Below, in pieces: positions 13,926 to 24,689 of a stretch of 64,000 nucleotides of DNA. The DNA comes from Escherichia coli (GTDB lineage Bacteria > Pseudomonadota > Gammaproteobacteria > Enterobacterales > Enterobacteriaceae): the NCBI RefSeq assembly GCF_048403405.1, contig NZ_CP183129.1. The stretch is one strand, 5' to 3'. Below the pieces are notes generated by a model, which was given only the letters and a program-made list of their open reading frames with translations, was not told the origin of the DNA and did no database searches. The translations under genes and the position numbers were made by a program. Within the stretch, counting starts at the first letter, position 1. Every line of letters starts with the position of its first letter.

Positions 13926-14080
13926 GCACCCCTCCCTGTTTATGGAAAGTGTGCAACTTTGTTGAGCGGTTGTCTGGTGGGAGTTTTGCGTTCCCCGAGG
14001 CACGTTCAGAAGAATTTAACGAGAGGGTGAAAACTGTTCAAAACTCTGCGAGGCTGCTTCCAGTTCCAGATTAGAGAAAT

Positions 14081-14103
14081 GAAAAAAGCACCCGACAGGT
14101 GCT
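14081..14103 (-). terminator. intrinsic terminator hairpin downstream of ihfB
   Basis: Inverted repeat AGCACC / GGTGCT with U-run on the minus-strand transcript, 30 nt after the ihfB stop. Confidence 0.55.
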
Positions 14104-14131
14104 TTTCTCGCGTTCAAGTTTGAGTAAAAAC

Positions 14132-14416
14132 TTAACCGTAAATATTGGCGCGATCGCGCAGTTCTTTACCTGGTTTAAAGTGAGGAACGTATTTTCCTTC
14201 CAGTTCTACTTTATCGCCAGTCTTCGGATTACGTCCGGTACGTGGTGCGCGGTAGTGCAAAGAGAAACTGCCGAAACCGCGGATTTCAATACGCTCGCCC
14301 TGCGCAAGAGTCGAGGCCATATGCTCCAGCATCTCTTTTACTGCATCTTCAACCGTCTTGGCGGGAATGTGCGATTGCTGGGTGGCAAGTCTTTCTATCA
14401 ATTCTGACTTGGTCAT
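14132..14416 (-). CDS. ihfB: integration host factor subunit beta
   Basis: 94-aa [14 protein letters not shown]...; matches IHF-beta. Confidence 0.97.
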
Positions 14417-14470
14417 GATTCCTCCGGTTCCTTAAAGGCAAATTAAGCGGCTGCTGTTGCTGCATTGATT

Positions 14471-14492
14471 AAGGGCGGCCGTAGCCGCCCTT
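14471..14492 (-). terminator. hairpin in rpsA-ihfB intergenic region (candidate partial terminator)
   Basis: Perfect inverted repeat AAGGGCGGC-cgta-GCCGCCCTT downstream of rpsA stop; no strong U-run. Confidence 0.4.
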
Positions 14493-14575
14493 AGTGCTTG
14501 ATTACAGGACGAAACCTGCAATCTGTCAAGTAAACTCAACAAACTTCGGAATAAAAATCCCGAAGAGTCAGAGAA

Positions 14576-16249
14576 TTACTCGCCTTTAGCTGCTTTGAAA
14601 GCTTCAGCCATTGCGTTGTTGGAGAAGTTTGCATCTTCCTGTTTGTTAACAGTTGCGATTGCATCTTTCTCGTCAGCTTCGTCTTTCGCACGAACAGACA
14701 GGCTGATTGCGCGGTTTTTACGATCAACGCCGGTGAATTTAGCTTCAACTTCGTCGCCAACGCTCAGAACCAGGGTAGCGTCTTCAACGCGGTCACGGGA
14801 TGCTTCAGAAGCACGCAGGTAACCTTCAACGCCGTCAGCCAGTTCTACGGTTGCGCCTTTAGCGTCAACTGCAGTTACTTTACCGGTTACGATAGCGCCT
14901 TTCTTGTTCAGAGCAACCCAGTTGTTGAACGGATCTTCTGCGAGCTGTTTAACGCCCAGGGAGATACGTTCACGTTCTGCGTCAACCTGCAGAACAACTG
15001 CAGCGATTTCGTCGCCTTTTTTGTATTCACGAACTGCTTCTTCGCCTGCAACGTTCCAGGAGATGTCAGACAGGTGAACCAGGCCGTCGATGCCGCCGTC
15101 AAGGCCGATGAAGATACCGAAGTCAGTGATAGACTTGATTTTACCTTCAACACGGTCACCCTTGTTGTGGGTTTCCGCGAACTGCTGCCACGGGTTAGCT
15201 TTGCACTGTTTCAGACCCAGGGAGATACGACGACGTTCTTCGTCGATATCCAGAACCATAACTTCCACTACATCGCCAACGTTAACAACTTTGGACGGGT
15301 GGATGTTTTTGTTGGTCCAATCCATTTCGGAAACGTGTACCAGGCCTTCAACGCCTTCTTCGATTTCAACGAAGCAGCCGTAGTCGGTCAGGTTGGTCAC
15401 GCGACCAGTCAGTTTGGTACCTTCCGGATAACGTTTAGCGATAGCTACCCACGGATCTTCGCCCAGCTGTTTCAGGCCCAGGGATACACGGGTACGTTCG
15501 CGGTCGAACTTCAGCACTTTAACAGTGATTTCGTCGCCAACGTTGACGATTTCGCTCGGATGCTTAACGCGTTTCCAGGCCATGTCAGTGATGTGCAGCA
15601 GGCCGTCAACGCCGCCCAGATCAACGAATGCACCGTAGTCAGTGAGGTTCTTAACGATACCTTTAACTTCCATGCCTTCCTGCAGGTTTTCCAGCAGCTG
15701 ATCGCGCTCTGCGCTGTTTTCGGATTCGATAACGGCACGACGAGAAACAACAACGTTGTTGCGCTTCTGATCCAGCTTGATTACTTTGAATTCAAGCTCT
15801 TTGCCTTCCAGGTGCAGAGTGTCACGCACCGGACGAACGTCTACCAGAGAACCTGGCAGGAACGCACGAATACCGTTCAGCTCAACAGTGAAGCCGCCCT
15901 TAACTTTGCCGTTGATAACACCGGTAACAGTTTCAGCATCTTCGTAAGCTTTTTCCAGCGTGATCCAGGCTTCGTGACGTTTAGCTTTCTCACGGGACAG
16001 CAGAGTTTCACCGAAGCCGTCTTCTACTGCGTCCAGAGCAACGTCAACTTCGTCACCTACCTGGATTTCCAGCTCGCCCTGGGCGTTTTTGAACTGCTCA
16101 GCCGGGATGGCGGACTCAGATTTCAGACCAGCGTCAACCAGTACTACGTCTTTGTCGATAGCAACAACAACGCCACGAACGATAGAACCCGGGCGGGTTT
16201 CGATTTCTTTTAAGGACTCTTCAAAGAGTTGAGCAAAAGATTCAGTCAT
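14576..16249 (-). CDS. rpsA: 30S ribosomal protein S1
   Basis: 557-aa ORF with repeated S1 domains; [27 protein letters not shown]-terminus. Confidence 0.97.
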
Positions 16250-16359
16250 GTTTAATCTTCAGGTTTATATTTAACGTCCACCTGGCTCCATGCCGGATGG
16301 GGTTGTTTAACATACCCGCTGTCATTCCATTGCAACGGGGGTACTGCAAATTCGGTCGC

Positions 16360-17043
16360 TTATGCGAGAGCCAATTTCTGGCGCGCGTATTGTAGCGCTT
16401 TTTCAATCACTTGCTCAATGCTTAAGGTGGTGGAATCCAACACTAAAGCATCGGCTGCCGGAACCAGTGGCGCTACCGCTCGGTTACGATCGCGGTCGTC
16501 GCGTTCTTTGATCTCGGCCAAAAGGCGCTCAAAGTTAACACTAAAGCCCTTCTCCTGCAACTGTAGCATGCGGCGATGCGCACGTTCTTCCGAGGAGGCG
16601 TCAAGGAAAATTTTCACTGGCGCATCAGGGAATACCACCGTTCCCATATCGCGGCCATCGGCAATCAAGCCTGGTAATTCGCGAAACGCGCGTTGGCGAC
16701 GCAATAATGCTTCACGAACGCGTGGGAATGCCGCGACTTGTGAAGCAGCATTCGCCACTTCCTGAGTACGAATTTCGCCGCTGACATCTTCCCCTTCGAG
16801 GATCACTTCCAGATTGCCATTGGTCGACACAAAACGTACATCCAGATGGGATGCCAGCGGCACGAGCGCATCTTCCGATGCAACATCAACATGGTGATGT
16901 AATGCCGCCAGTGCCAGTACGCGATAAATTGCACCCGAGTCCAGCAGATGCCATTGCAACGCTTCCGCCATAGCCTTACACAAGGTGCCTTTCCCTGCAC
17001 CGCTTGGGCCATCAATGGTAATAACCGGGGCAATTGCCGTCAT
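16360..17043 (-). CDS. cmk: cytidylate kinase
   Basis: 227-aa ORF; P-loop GPSGAGKGT. Confidence 0.96.
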
Positions 17044-17215
17044 CTTTATCTCCTTAAAACAGGCGTACCGTTAACATAACCGCGCGCATTATACGCGCCG
17101 ACGCCCCAAATCGTTAACGTTGTGTGCAAAAACCAGTTTTGTCTGTATTCAGATGGGGATTTATTGCGCAATTATAGCGGGCTGGCAGAAGACCAGCCCG
17201 AAAGATGACAATGAT

Positions 17216-17980
17216 TTACTTACCAGAGGCGATACGATCACGGATGTGTTGCGCACGCTCTGTTGATGGTGGGTGAGAGTCAAACATGGACTGGGTACGA
17301 CCGCCATCCAGGCTGGCCAATTTTTCAAAGCTGCCAACCAGCCCCTGGGTGCTGATGCCACGTTTCTTCAACAGATCAAAGGAGAAATCATCTGCTTCGG
17401 ACTCTTTATCGCGGGAGTATTTAGCATTGATCGCGCCTTCTGCGATATCACCTAATTGTGAGCGAGAAAGCTGGGAAGCCACACCGCTGGTAGCGGAAAT
17501 CGCATCACGTGCGGCAACGATCGCATAAGAAGCTTTCATTTCAGCCAGCGAGTGACCCAACGCGACGTGGCCCAGTTCATGACCCAGAACGCCTTCAATT
17601 TCGTTGTCGTTCATCATGTCCATCAGGCCACTGTAGACACGAACACAGCCGTTCGCCATCGCCCATGCGTTGACGTCGCTGGTCATATAAACCTTATAGT
17701 TGACCGGCGTGCCATTAATATTGTTACCCAATGCTTTGGCGATTTTTGCCAGACGTTTACCGTACTTGCTGGATTTACTTGCGACTTTATTGCCGCTGTC
17801 CATTTCGACACAGCCCTGATTGGCAATCGCTTTTGCATCAGCATCGCTTAACGTTGCTGCTTTATAGGCATTTAAACCTGAGCTGATAGCCATATTGGTA
17901 TCAATACCGTGGGTATTTTGACACCCTGTCAGTAATGCTGCAGAGGCCGCAATCGCCAGCAGTAATTTAGTATTCTTCAT
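17216..17980 (-). CDS. ycaL: M48-family metalloprotease lipoprotein YcaL
   Basis: ORF 17216..18004; lipoprotein signal with LTGC lipobox, HELGH zinc motif; start placed at ATG 17980-17978. Confidence 0.88.
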   Translation of the reverse strand: MKNTKLLLAIAASAALLTGCQNTHGIDTNMAISSGLNAYKAATLSDADAKAIANQGCVEMDSGNKVASKSSKYGKRLAKIAKALGNNINGTPVNYKVYMTSDVNAWAMANGCVRVYSGLMDMMNDNEIEGVLGHELGHVALGHSLAEMKASYAIVAARDAISATSGVASQLSRSQLGDIAEGAINAKYSRDKESEADDFSFDLLKKRGISTQGLVGSFEKLASLDGGRTQSMFDSHPPSTERAQHIRDRIASGK

Positions 17981-18148
17981 GTGAATCATCCGTTGATTAA
18001 TCATATATAAATATTATGTATCAACAACTTACATTGACAAGCGACGCTACCATTAATCAAAATGACTCACAAGGTCCGAAAAAAAACGCCGACAATGTGC
18101 CGACGTTTTGATAAAGAAAGATTTGGCTATTTATTGCCCGTTGTTCAT

Positions 18149-19432
18149 TCAGGCTGCCTGGCTAATCCGCGCCAGCTGCTCGAAATAATCCGGAAATGTT
18201 TTGGCCGTACATTTGGGATCAAGAATCGTCACTGGTGTATCTGACAACGCCACCAGCGAGAAACACATCGCCATCCGGTGATCATTGTATGTCGCGATCT
18301 CGGCAAAGTTCAGTTTTTCCGGTGGAGTGATACGAATGTAATCGTGCCCCTCTTCTACTTCCGCACCAACTTTACGCAGTTCTGTTGCCATCGCAAACAG
18401 GCGATCGGTCTCTTTAACACGCCAGTTATAGATATTGCGCAGCGTGGTGGTGCCTTTTGCAAATAACGCCGCCGTGGCAATGGTCATCGCCGCATCGGGA
18501 ATATGGTTCATATCCATATCAATAGCGTTCAGTTCACCACGCGTGCAGGAAATATAATCGTCGCCCCAGCAAATAGTCGCGCCCATTTTTTCCAGCACAT
18601 CAGCAAAGCGAATATCACCCTGCATACTGTTGCGTCCAATGCCGGTCACTTTTACAGTGCCGCCTCTGATTGCTGCTGCTGCCAGGAAGTAAGAAGCCGA
18701 AGATGCATCGCCTTCGACCAAATAAGTACCCGGAGACTGATAAGACTGCCCGCCTTTTACGACAAATTGTTGATAGTGCTGATTTTCAATTTCAACACCA
18801 AACGTCTTCATCAGATTGAGTGTGATGTCGATATAAGGTTTAGAAACCAGATCGCCTTTAATACGAATAACCGTATCTTCCGGCGCAAGAGGCGCAGTCA
18901 TTAATAGTGCGGTGAGGAACTGGCTGGAAACGGAGCCATCAACGTCAACGTTGCCGCCAGTAAAGCCGCCCTGTAAACGCAATGGTGGATAATTTTCTTG
19001 TTCCAGGTAAGTGATCTTCGCTCCGCCCAGGCGCAGCGCATCCACCAGATGACCAATCGGGCGCTCTTTCATACGCGGCTCACCAGTCAGCACAATATCA
19101 TTGCTACCCAGACAAAGAGCTGCCGCCAGCGGGCGCATTGCCGTTCCGGCGTTTCCGAGGAACAACTCCAGGGCACCTTCTGCGTGTAATGGACCGCCGT
19201 TACCGATAATTTCGCAACGCGTACGATCAGCTGAAAGCGTATAGCTTACCCCTAACGCTGTTAATGCATTCAGCATATGGCGCACGTCATCGCTATCCAG
19301 CAGATTGGTTAATACTGTTTTGCCGTGTGCTAATGCCGCCAGCAATAAAGCGCGGTTAGAAACGCTCTTGGAACCGGGCAGATTAATAGTGCCATCGACA
19401 CGAGCGATGGGTTGTAACGTCAGGGATTCCAT
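18149..19432 (-). CDS. aroA: 3-phosphoshikimate 1-carboxyvinyltransferase (EPSP synthase)
   Basis: 427-aa [38 protein letters not shown]... Confidence 0.97.
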   Translation of the reverse strand: MESLTLQPIARVDGTINLPGSKSVSNRALLLAALAHGKTVLTNLLDSDDVRHMLNALTALGVSYTLSADRTRCEIIGNGGPLHAEGALELFLGNAGTAMRPLAAALCLGSNDIVLTGEPRMKERPIGHLVDALRLGGAKITYLEQENYPPLRLQGGFTGGNVDVDGSVSSQFLTALLMTAPLAPEDTVIRIKGDLVSKPYIDITLNLMKTFGVEIENQHYQQFVVKGGQSYQSPGTYLVEGDASSASYFLAAAAIRGGTVKVTGIGRNSMQGDIRFADVLEKMGATICWGDDYISCTRGELNAIDMDMNHIPDAAMTIATAALFAKGTTTLRNIYNWRVKETDRLFAMATELRKVGAEVEEGHDYIRITPPEKLNFAEIATYNDHRMAMCFSLVALSDTPVTILDPKCTAKTFPDYFEQLARISQAA

Positions 19433-19454
19433 GAACTCAACTCTCTACAACAGA

Positions 19455-19483
19455 AATAAAAACCCCACAGGCTGGCTGTGGGG
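19455..19483 (-). terminator. intrinsic terminator/attenuator between serC and aroA
   Basis: Hairpin CCCCACAG-ccagc-CTGTGGGG followed by U-run on minus-strand transcript just after serC stop. Confidence 0.55.
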
Positions 19484-19502
19484 ATTATGCAAAATTTCGA
19501 CA

Positions 19503-20591
19503 TTAGCCGTGACGGCGTTCGAACTCAATCATGAAGTCTGTCAGCGCTTTAACGCCTTCCAGTGGCATGGCGTTATAAATGGACGCGCGCATTCCGCCGA
19601 CCACACGGTGACCTTTCAGTGCATGAAGGCCAGCAGCAAAAGACTCTTCAAGGAACAATTTGTCAAGCGCACTGTCCGCCAACTGGAACGGCACGTTCAT
19701 CCGCGAACGGTTAGCTTTCGCCACGTCATTGCGGTAGAAATCGCTGTTATCAATCACCCCATACAGCAGTTCTGCTTTTTGCTGATTGATTTTATCCATT
19801 GCAGCTACACCGCCGTTCGCTTTCAGCCATTTAAAGACCAGACCAGACAGATACCAGGCAAATGTCGGCGGCGTGTTAAACATGGAGTCGTTATCGTTGA
19901 GAATGGAATAATCCAGAATCGACGGACACGCGATATTCGCTTTGCCCAGCAAATCTTCACGAACGATGACGATTGTCAGGCCAGCCGGGCCGATATTTTT
20001 CTGCGCGCCAGCGTAAATTACACCATAACGGCTGACGTCAATCGGACGGGAAAGAATGGTTGAAGAGAAGTCGGCGGCGACCACCACATCTTTGCCGAAG
20101 TCTGGCGTTTCGTCGATAGCGATACCGTCGATGGTTTCATTCGGGCAGTAATGCATATAAGCAGCATTATCAGAGAGTTGCCATTCGCGCATTGGCTTAA
20201 CCGCGCGCAGACCATCAACAGTCACTTTGGCGTCGAAGACATTAGGCGTGCAATATTTTTTCGCTTCTTTAATGGCACTTGCCGCCCAGTAACCGGCATC
20301 AACATAATCTGCGGTGGTTTTATCACCGAGAATATTCAGCGGAACAGCAGCAAACTGACCGCGACCGCCGCCATGGCAGAACAATACCTTGTAGTTGGAG
20401 GGGACATTAAGAAGATCGCGAAAATCCTTCTCGGCTTCCTCTGCAACCTGAATGAACTCTTTGCCACGGTGACTCACTTCCATCACCGACGTACCAAGAC
20501 CGTTCCAGTCGCGCAGTTCCTGTTGAGCCTGTTTAAGCACCTCTGCCGGTAGCATTGCCGGACCAGAACTAAAATTGAAGATTTGAGCCAT
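19503..20591 (-). CDS. serC: phosphoserine aminotransferase
   Basis: 362-aa [22 protein letters not shown]... Confidence 0.97.
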   Translation of the reverse strand: MAQIFNFSSGPAMLPAEVLKQAQQELRDWNGLGTSVMEVSHRGKEFIQVAEEAEKDFRDLLNVPSNYKVLFCHGGGRGQFAAVPLNILGDKTTADYVDAGYWAASAIKEAKKYCTPNVFDAKVTVDGLRAVKPMREWQLSDNAAYMHYCPNETIDGIAIDETPDFGKDVVVAADFSSTILSRPIDVSRYGVIYAGAQKNIGPAGLTIVIVREDLLGKANIACPSILDYSILNDNDSMFNTPPTFAWYLSGLVFKWLKANGGVAAMDKINQQKAELLYGVIDNSDFYRNDVAKANRSRMNVPFQLADSALDKLFLEESFAAGLHALKGHRVVGGMRASIYNAMPLEGVKALTDFMIEFERRHG

Positions 20592-20789
20592 TTCCCCTCA
20601 CCACGTTGCGTTGCTATTAACCCGCGGTCAATCGATTGCGACCACAGGTAATACATTATTCCTGTGGCTATCGGTTTTATCATTCAGTGACACACATCGC
20701 AATGAGTAAAACCGTTGAGGGCAAAAATGTGGCTTGCATCACACAAAAGAATCTCTTGGATTATTAGCAAAAAGCCGATGTTTTTACTG

Positions 20790-21482
20790 TCACGTCACCC
20801 GTTTTGCCCGACTTGCCTTCGTCCATTCTGGATTTGCACAGCGCGGACATAATTGTTTTTCCCCCGCGTTCATATGAATGATTTCACTGCAACGAATGCA
20901 GGCATAGTCCGCCGACTCGGGTACCACTTTGTAACGCTGAGTACAGTCACTGGGTAAAATAAGTAAGCCCGGTTTCACCTTGTCATCTTCAAAGAAATAG
21001 ACACTGATTTGCCCGTTGGTTTCGAGAATCGCCAGACGTACTTGCCCCAACTGCTCTACACCGCGCAATCGTAGCTCCATAAAGAACTCAAATTCCGTCA
21101 TGTTGGAGTTATTGAGTTTCGACCAGGCCAGCTCGCCATCTTCAATAATGACAACCGGCTTACCTTCCAGAAGATCTTCCAGTTTTTCACTGTGTGCCAT
21201 CAACCACATTACCAGGCGGTATAACAACGCCAGAGTAATAAAGACGATAAGTACCGGGACCATCGGCACATCATCATAAAACGCCACATCTCCCGCCGCT
21301 GATCCCAGCGTCAGAATGATTAACACTTCAAAAAGCGACATCTGCCGCACACCGCGTCTTCCGGTCATTTTGAGGAACAAAAAAACCAGTACAAAGGTAT
21401 AAAGACTACGTAGTGCCACTTCGCCAAGGAAATCAAAAGGCACTTTATCAAATGCCATACGGTGGAGATCAAACGCCTTCAT
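20790..21482 (-). CDS. ycaP: DUF421-family inner membrane protein YcaP
   Basis: 230-aa ORF with TM helices; synteny between serC and ycaO. Confidence 0.85.
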   Translation of the reverse strand: MKAFDLHRMAFDKVPFDFLGEVALRSLYTFVLVFLFLKMTGRRGVRQMSLFEVLIILTLGSAAGDVAFYDDVPMVPVLIVFITLALLYRLVMWLMAHSEKLEDLLEGKPVVIIEDGELAWSKLNNSNMTEFEFFMELRLRGVEQLGQVRLAILETNGQISVYFFEDDKVKPGLLILPSDCTQRYKVVPESADYACIRCSEIIHMNAGEKQLCPRCANPEWTKASRAKRVT

Positions 21483-21611
21483 TTTTATGCTCTTATCGTG
21501 GTTTATCCACTAAAAGCATAGTCAACAGTTCATCGGCATGGCGGCGGTGATAGCGCCTTTGAGATAAAACCCGTATTATTGCGCGCTTTCCGTACGACTA
21601 AAGTGATTTTC

Positions 21612-23372
21612 ATGACGCAAACATTTATCCCCGGCAAAGATGCCGCACTGGAAGATTCCATCGCTCGCTTCCAGCAAAAACTTTCAGACCTCGGCTTTCA
21701 GATTGAAGAGGCCTCCTGGCTGAATCCGGTGCCTAACGTCTGGTCTGTACATATTCGCGACAAAGAGTGCGCACTGTGTTTTACCAACGGTAAAGGCGCA
21801 ACCAAAAAAGCGGCGCTGGCTTCTGCACTCGGTGAATATTTCGAGCGTCTCTCAACCAACTACTTTTTTGCTGATTTCTGGCTGGGCGAAACCATCGCCA
21901 ACGGTCCGTTCGTGCATTATCCCAACGAAAAATGGTTCCCACTGAGCGAAAATGACGATGTGCCAGAAGGGCTGCTCGATGACCGTCTGCGCGCATTTTA
22001 CGATCCGGAGAATGAATTGACCGGCAGTATGCTGATTGACCTGCAATCCGGTAACGAAGATCGTGGTATTTGCGGTCTGCCGTTTACGCGCCAGTCCGAC
22101 AATCAGACCGTTTATATTCCGATGAATATCATTGGTAACCTGTACGTTTCTAACGGTATGTCCGCTGGCAATACCCGCAACGAAGCACGCGTTCAGGGGT
22201 TGTCCGAAGTTTTCGAACGCTACGTGAAAAACCGCATTATTGCTGAAAGCATCAGCTTGCCGGAAATCCCGGCAGACGTGCTGGCGCGTTACCCAGCGGT
22301 GGTTGAAGCCATCGAAACGCTGGAAGCAGAAGGTTTCCCAATCTTTGCTTATGATGGTTCGCTTGGCGGCCAGTATCCGGTGATTTGCGTGGTACTGTTT
22401 AATCCTGCTAACGGCACCTGCTTTGCCTCTTTCGGTGCGCATCCTGATTTTGGCGTAGCACTGGAACGTACCGTGACCGAGCTGCTGCAAGGTCGTGGCC
22501 TGAAAGATTTGGATGTGTTTACTCCGCCAACCTTCGATGATGAAGAAGTTGCTGAACATACCAACCTCGAAACGCACTTTATCGATTCCAGCGGTTTAAT
22601 CTCCTGGGACCTGTTCAAGCAGGATGCCGATTATCCGTTTGTGGACTGGAATTTCTCCGGCACCACGGAGGAAGAGTTTGCTACGCTGATGGCTATCTTC
22701 AACAAAGAAGATAAAGAAGTTTATATTGCCGATTACGAGCATCTGGGCGTTTATGCTTGCCGAATTATCGTGCCTGGCATGTCCGATATTTATCCGGCTG
22801 AAGATCTGTTGCTGGCGAATAACAGTATGGGCAGCCATTTACGTGAAACGATTCTTTCGTTACCAGGCAGCGAGTGGGAAAAAGAAGATTACCTGAACCT
22901 CATCGAGCAACTGGATGAAGAAGGTTTTGATGACTTTACCCGCGTGCGTGAGCTGTTGGGTCTGGCGACCGGGTCGGATAACGGTTGGTACACCCTGCGT
23001 ATCGGTGAATTAAAAGCCATGCTGGCGCTGGCTGGTGGCGATCTGGAACAGGCTCTGGTCTGGACCGAATGGACGATGGAGTTTAACTCATCAGTATTTA
23101 GTCCGGAACGCGCCAACTATTATCGCTGCCTGCAAACGTTGTTATTACTGGCGCAGGAAGAAGATCGCCAGCCGCTGCAATATTTGAATGCGTTTGTTCG
23201 CATGTACGGCGCAGATGCCGTGGAAGCCGCCAGTGCGGCAATGAGCGGCGAAGCGGCGTTTTATGGCTTGCAACCAGTAGATAGCGATCTGCACGCGTTT
23301 GCAGCACATCAGTCGTTGTTGAAGGCCTACGAAAAGCTGCAGCGCGCCAAAGCAGCATTCTGGGCAAAATAA
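21612..23372 (+). CDS. ycaO: YcaO-domain protein (ribosomal protein S12 methylthiotransferase accessory factor)
   Basis: ORF 21579..23372; start placed at ATG 21612 (MTQTFIPGKD...), 586 aa. Confidence 0.9.
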   Translation: MTQTFIPGKDAALEDSIARFQQKLSDLGFQIEEASWLNPVPNVWSVHIRDKECALCFTNGKGATKKAALASALGEYFERLSTNYFFADFWLGETIANGPFVHYPNEKWFPLSENDDVPEGLLDDRLRAFYDPENELTGSMLIDLQSGNEDRGICGLPFTRQSDNQTVYIPMNIIGNLYVSNGMSAGNTRNEARVQGLSEVFERYVKNRIIAESISLPEIPADVLARYPAVVEAIETLEAEGFPIFAYDGSLGGQYPVICVVLFNPANGTCFASFGAHPDFGVALERTVTELLQGRGLKDLDVFTPPTFDDEEVAEHTNLETHFIDSSGLISWDLFKQDADYPFVDWNFSGTTEEEFATLMAIFNKEDKEVYIADYEHLGVYACRIIVPGMSDIYPAEDLLLANNSMGSHLRETILSLPGSEWEKEDYLNLIEQLDEEGFDDFTRVRELLGLATGSDNGWYTLRIGELKAMLALAGGDLEQALVWTEWTMEFNSSVFSPERANYYRCLQTLLLLAQEEDRQPLQYLNAFVRMYGADAVEAASAAMSGEAAFYGLQPVDSDLHAFAAHQSLLKAYEKLQRAKAAFWAK

Positions 23373-23380
23373 AATCAAAT

Positions 23381-23399
23381 AGCCTACGCAATGTAGGCT
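23381..23399 (+). terminator. hairpin downstream of ycaO
   Basis: Inverted repeat AGCCTAC-gcaat-GTAGGCT 9 nt after ycaO stop; weak T-run. Confidence 0.4.
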
Positions 23400-23777
23400 T
23401 AATGATTCGTCTGAGTTATATTACGGGGCGTTTTTTTAATGCCCCGCTTTACATATATTTGCATTAATAAAATAATTGTAATTATAAAGTTAAATGTCGG
23501 TAATTTGTATTTAATAAATACGATCGATATTGTTACTTCATTCGCCTGGTGCTCCCTTTTAATTAACTGTTTTAGCGGAGGATGCGGAAAAAATTCAACT
23601 CATTTGTTAATTTTTAAAATTTATTTTTATTTGGATAATCAAATATTTACTCCGTATTTGCATAAAAGCCATGCGAATTACGGGCCTATAAGCCAGGCGA
23701 GATATGATCTATATCAATTTCTCATCTATAATGCTTTGTTAGTATCTCGTCGCCGACTTAATAAAGAGAGAGTTAGT
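23400..23777 (+). promoter_or_regulatory. focA-pflB multi-promoter regulatory region
   Basis: 378-bp AT-rich non-coding leader upstream of focA; FNR-like half-site pair ATGAT-ctat-ATCAA at 23704-23717 and TATAAT at 23725-23730; the pfl operon is known to be FNR/ArcA controlled. Confidence 0.5.
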
Positions 23778-24635
23778 GTGAAAGCTGACAACCCTTTTGA
23801 TCTTTTACTTCCTGCAGCAATGGCCAAAGTGGCCGAAGAGGCAGGTGTCTATAAAGCAACGAAACATCCGCTTAAGACTTTCTATCTGGCGATTACCGCC
23901 GGTGTTTTCATCTCAATCGCATTCGTCTTCTATATCACAGCAACCACTGGCACAGGAACAATGCCCTTCGGCATGGCAAAACTGGTTGGCGGCATTTGCT
24001 TCTCTCTGGGGCTGATTCTTTGTGTTGTCTGCGGAGCCGATCTCTTTACTTCCACAGTGTTGATTGTTGTTGCTAAGGCGAGTGGGCGAATCACCTGGGG
24101 TCAGTTGGCGAAAAACTGGCTAAATGTCTATTTTGGCAACCTGGTCGGCGCACTGCTGTTTGTACTTTTAATGTGGCTTTCCGGCGAGTATATGACCGCG
24201 AATGGTCAATGGGGACTAAACGTCCTACAAACCGCCGACCACAAAGTGCACCATACTTTTATTGAGGCCGTCTGCCTTGGTATCCTGGCAAACCTGATGG
24301 TATGTCTGGCAGTATGGATGAGTTATTCTGGCCGCAGCCTGATGGATAAAGCGTTCATTATGGTGCTGCCGGTCGCGATGTTTGTTGCCAGCGGTTTTGA
24401 GCACAGTATCGCAAACATGTTTATGATCCCGATGGGTATTGTAATCCGCGACTTCGCATCTCCGGAGTTCTGGACCGCTGTCGGTTCTGCACCGGAAAAT
24501 TTTTCTCACCTGACCGTGATGAACTTCATCACTGATAACCTGATTCCGGTTACGATCGGTAATATTATCGGCGGTGGTTTGTTGGTTGGGTTGACATACT
24601 GGGTCATTTACCTGCGTGAAAACGATCACCATTAA
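23778..24635 (+). CDS. focA: formate channel FocA
   Basis: ORF track frame 23439..24635; N-terminus VKADNPFDLLLPAAMAKVAEEAG; start placed at GTG 23778, 285 aa. Confidence 0.92.
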   Translation: MKADNPFDLLLPAAMAKVAEEAGVYKATKHPLKTFYLAITAGVFISIAFVFYITATTGTGTMPFGMAKLVGGICFSLGLILCVVCGADLFTSTVLIVVAKASGRITWGQLAKNWLNVYFGNLVGALLFVLLMWLSGEYMTANGQWGLNVLQTADHKVHHTFIEAVCLGILANLMVCLAVWMSYSGRSLMDKAFIMVLPVAMFVASGFEHSIANMFMIPMGIVIRDFASPEFWTAVGSAPENFSHLTVMNFITDNLIPVTIGNIIGGGLLVGLTYWVIYLRENDHH

Positions 24636-24689
24636 TGGTTGTCGAAGTACGCAGTAAATAAAAAATCCACTTAAGAAGGTAGGTGTTAC

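Noticed and set aside
15074-16213. 379-codon plus-strand ORF inside rpsA
   Set aside because: Antisense to ribosomal protein S1; low-complexity translation and no RBS; artefact of codon bias.
21852-22577. 241-codon minus-strand ORF inside ycaO
   Set aside because: Antisense to the conserved ycaO frame; no start context.
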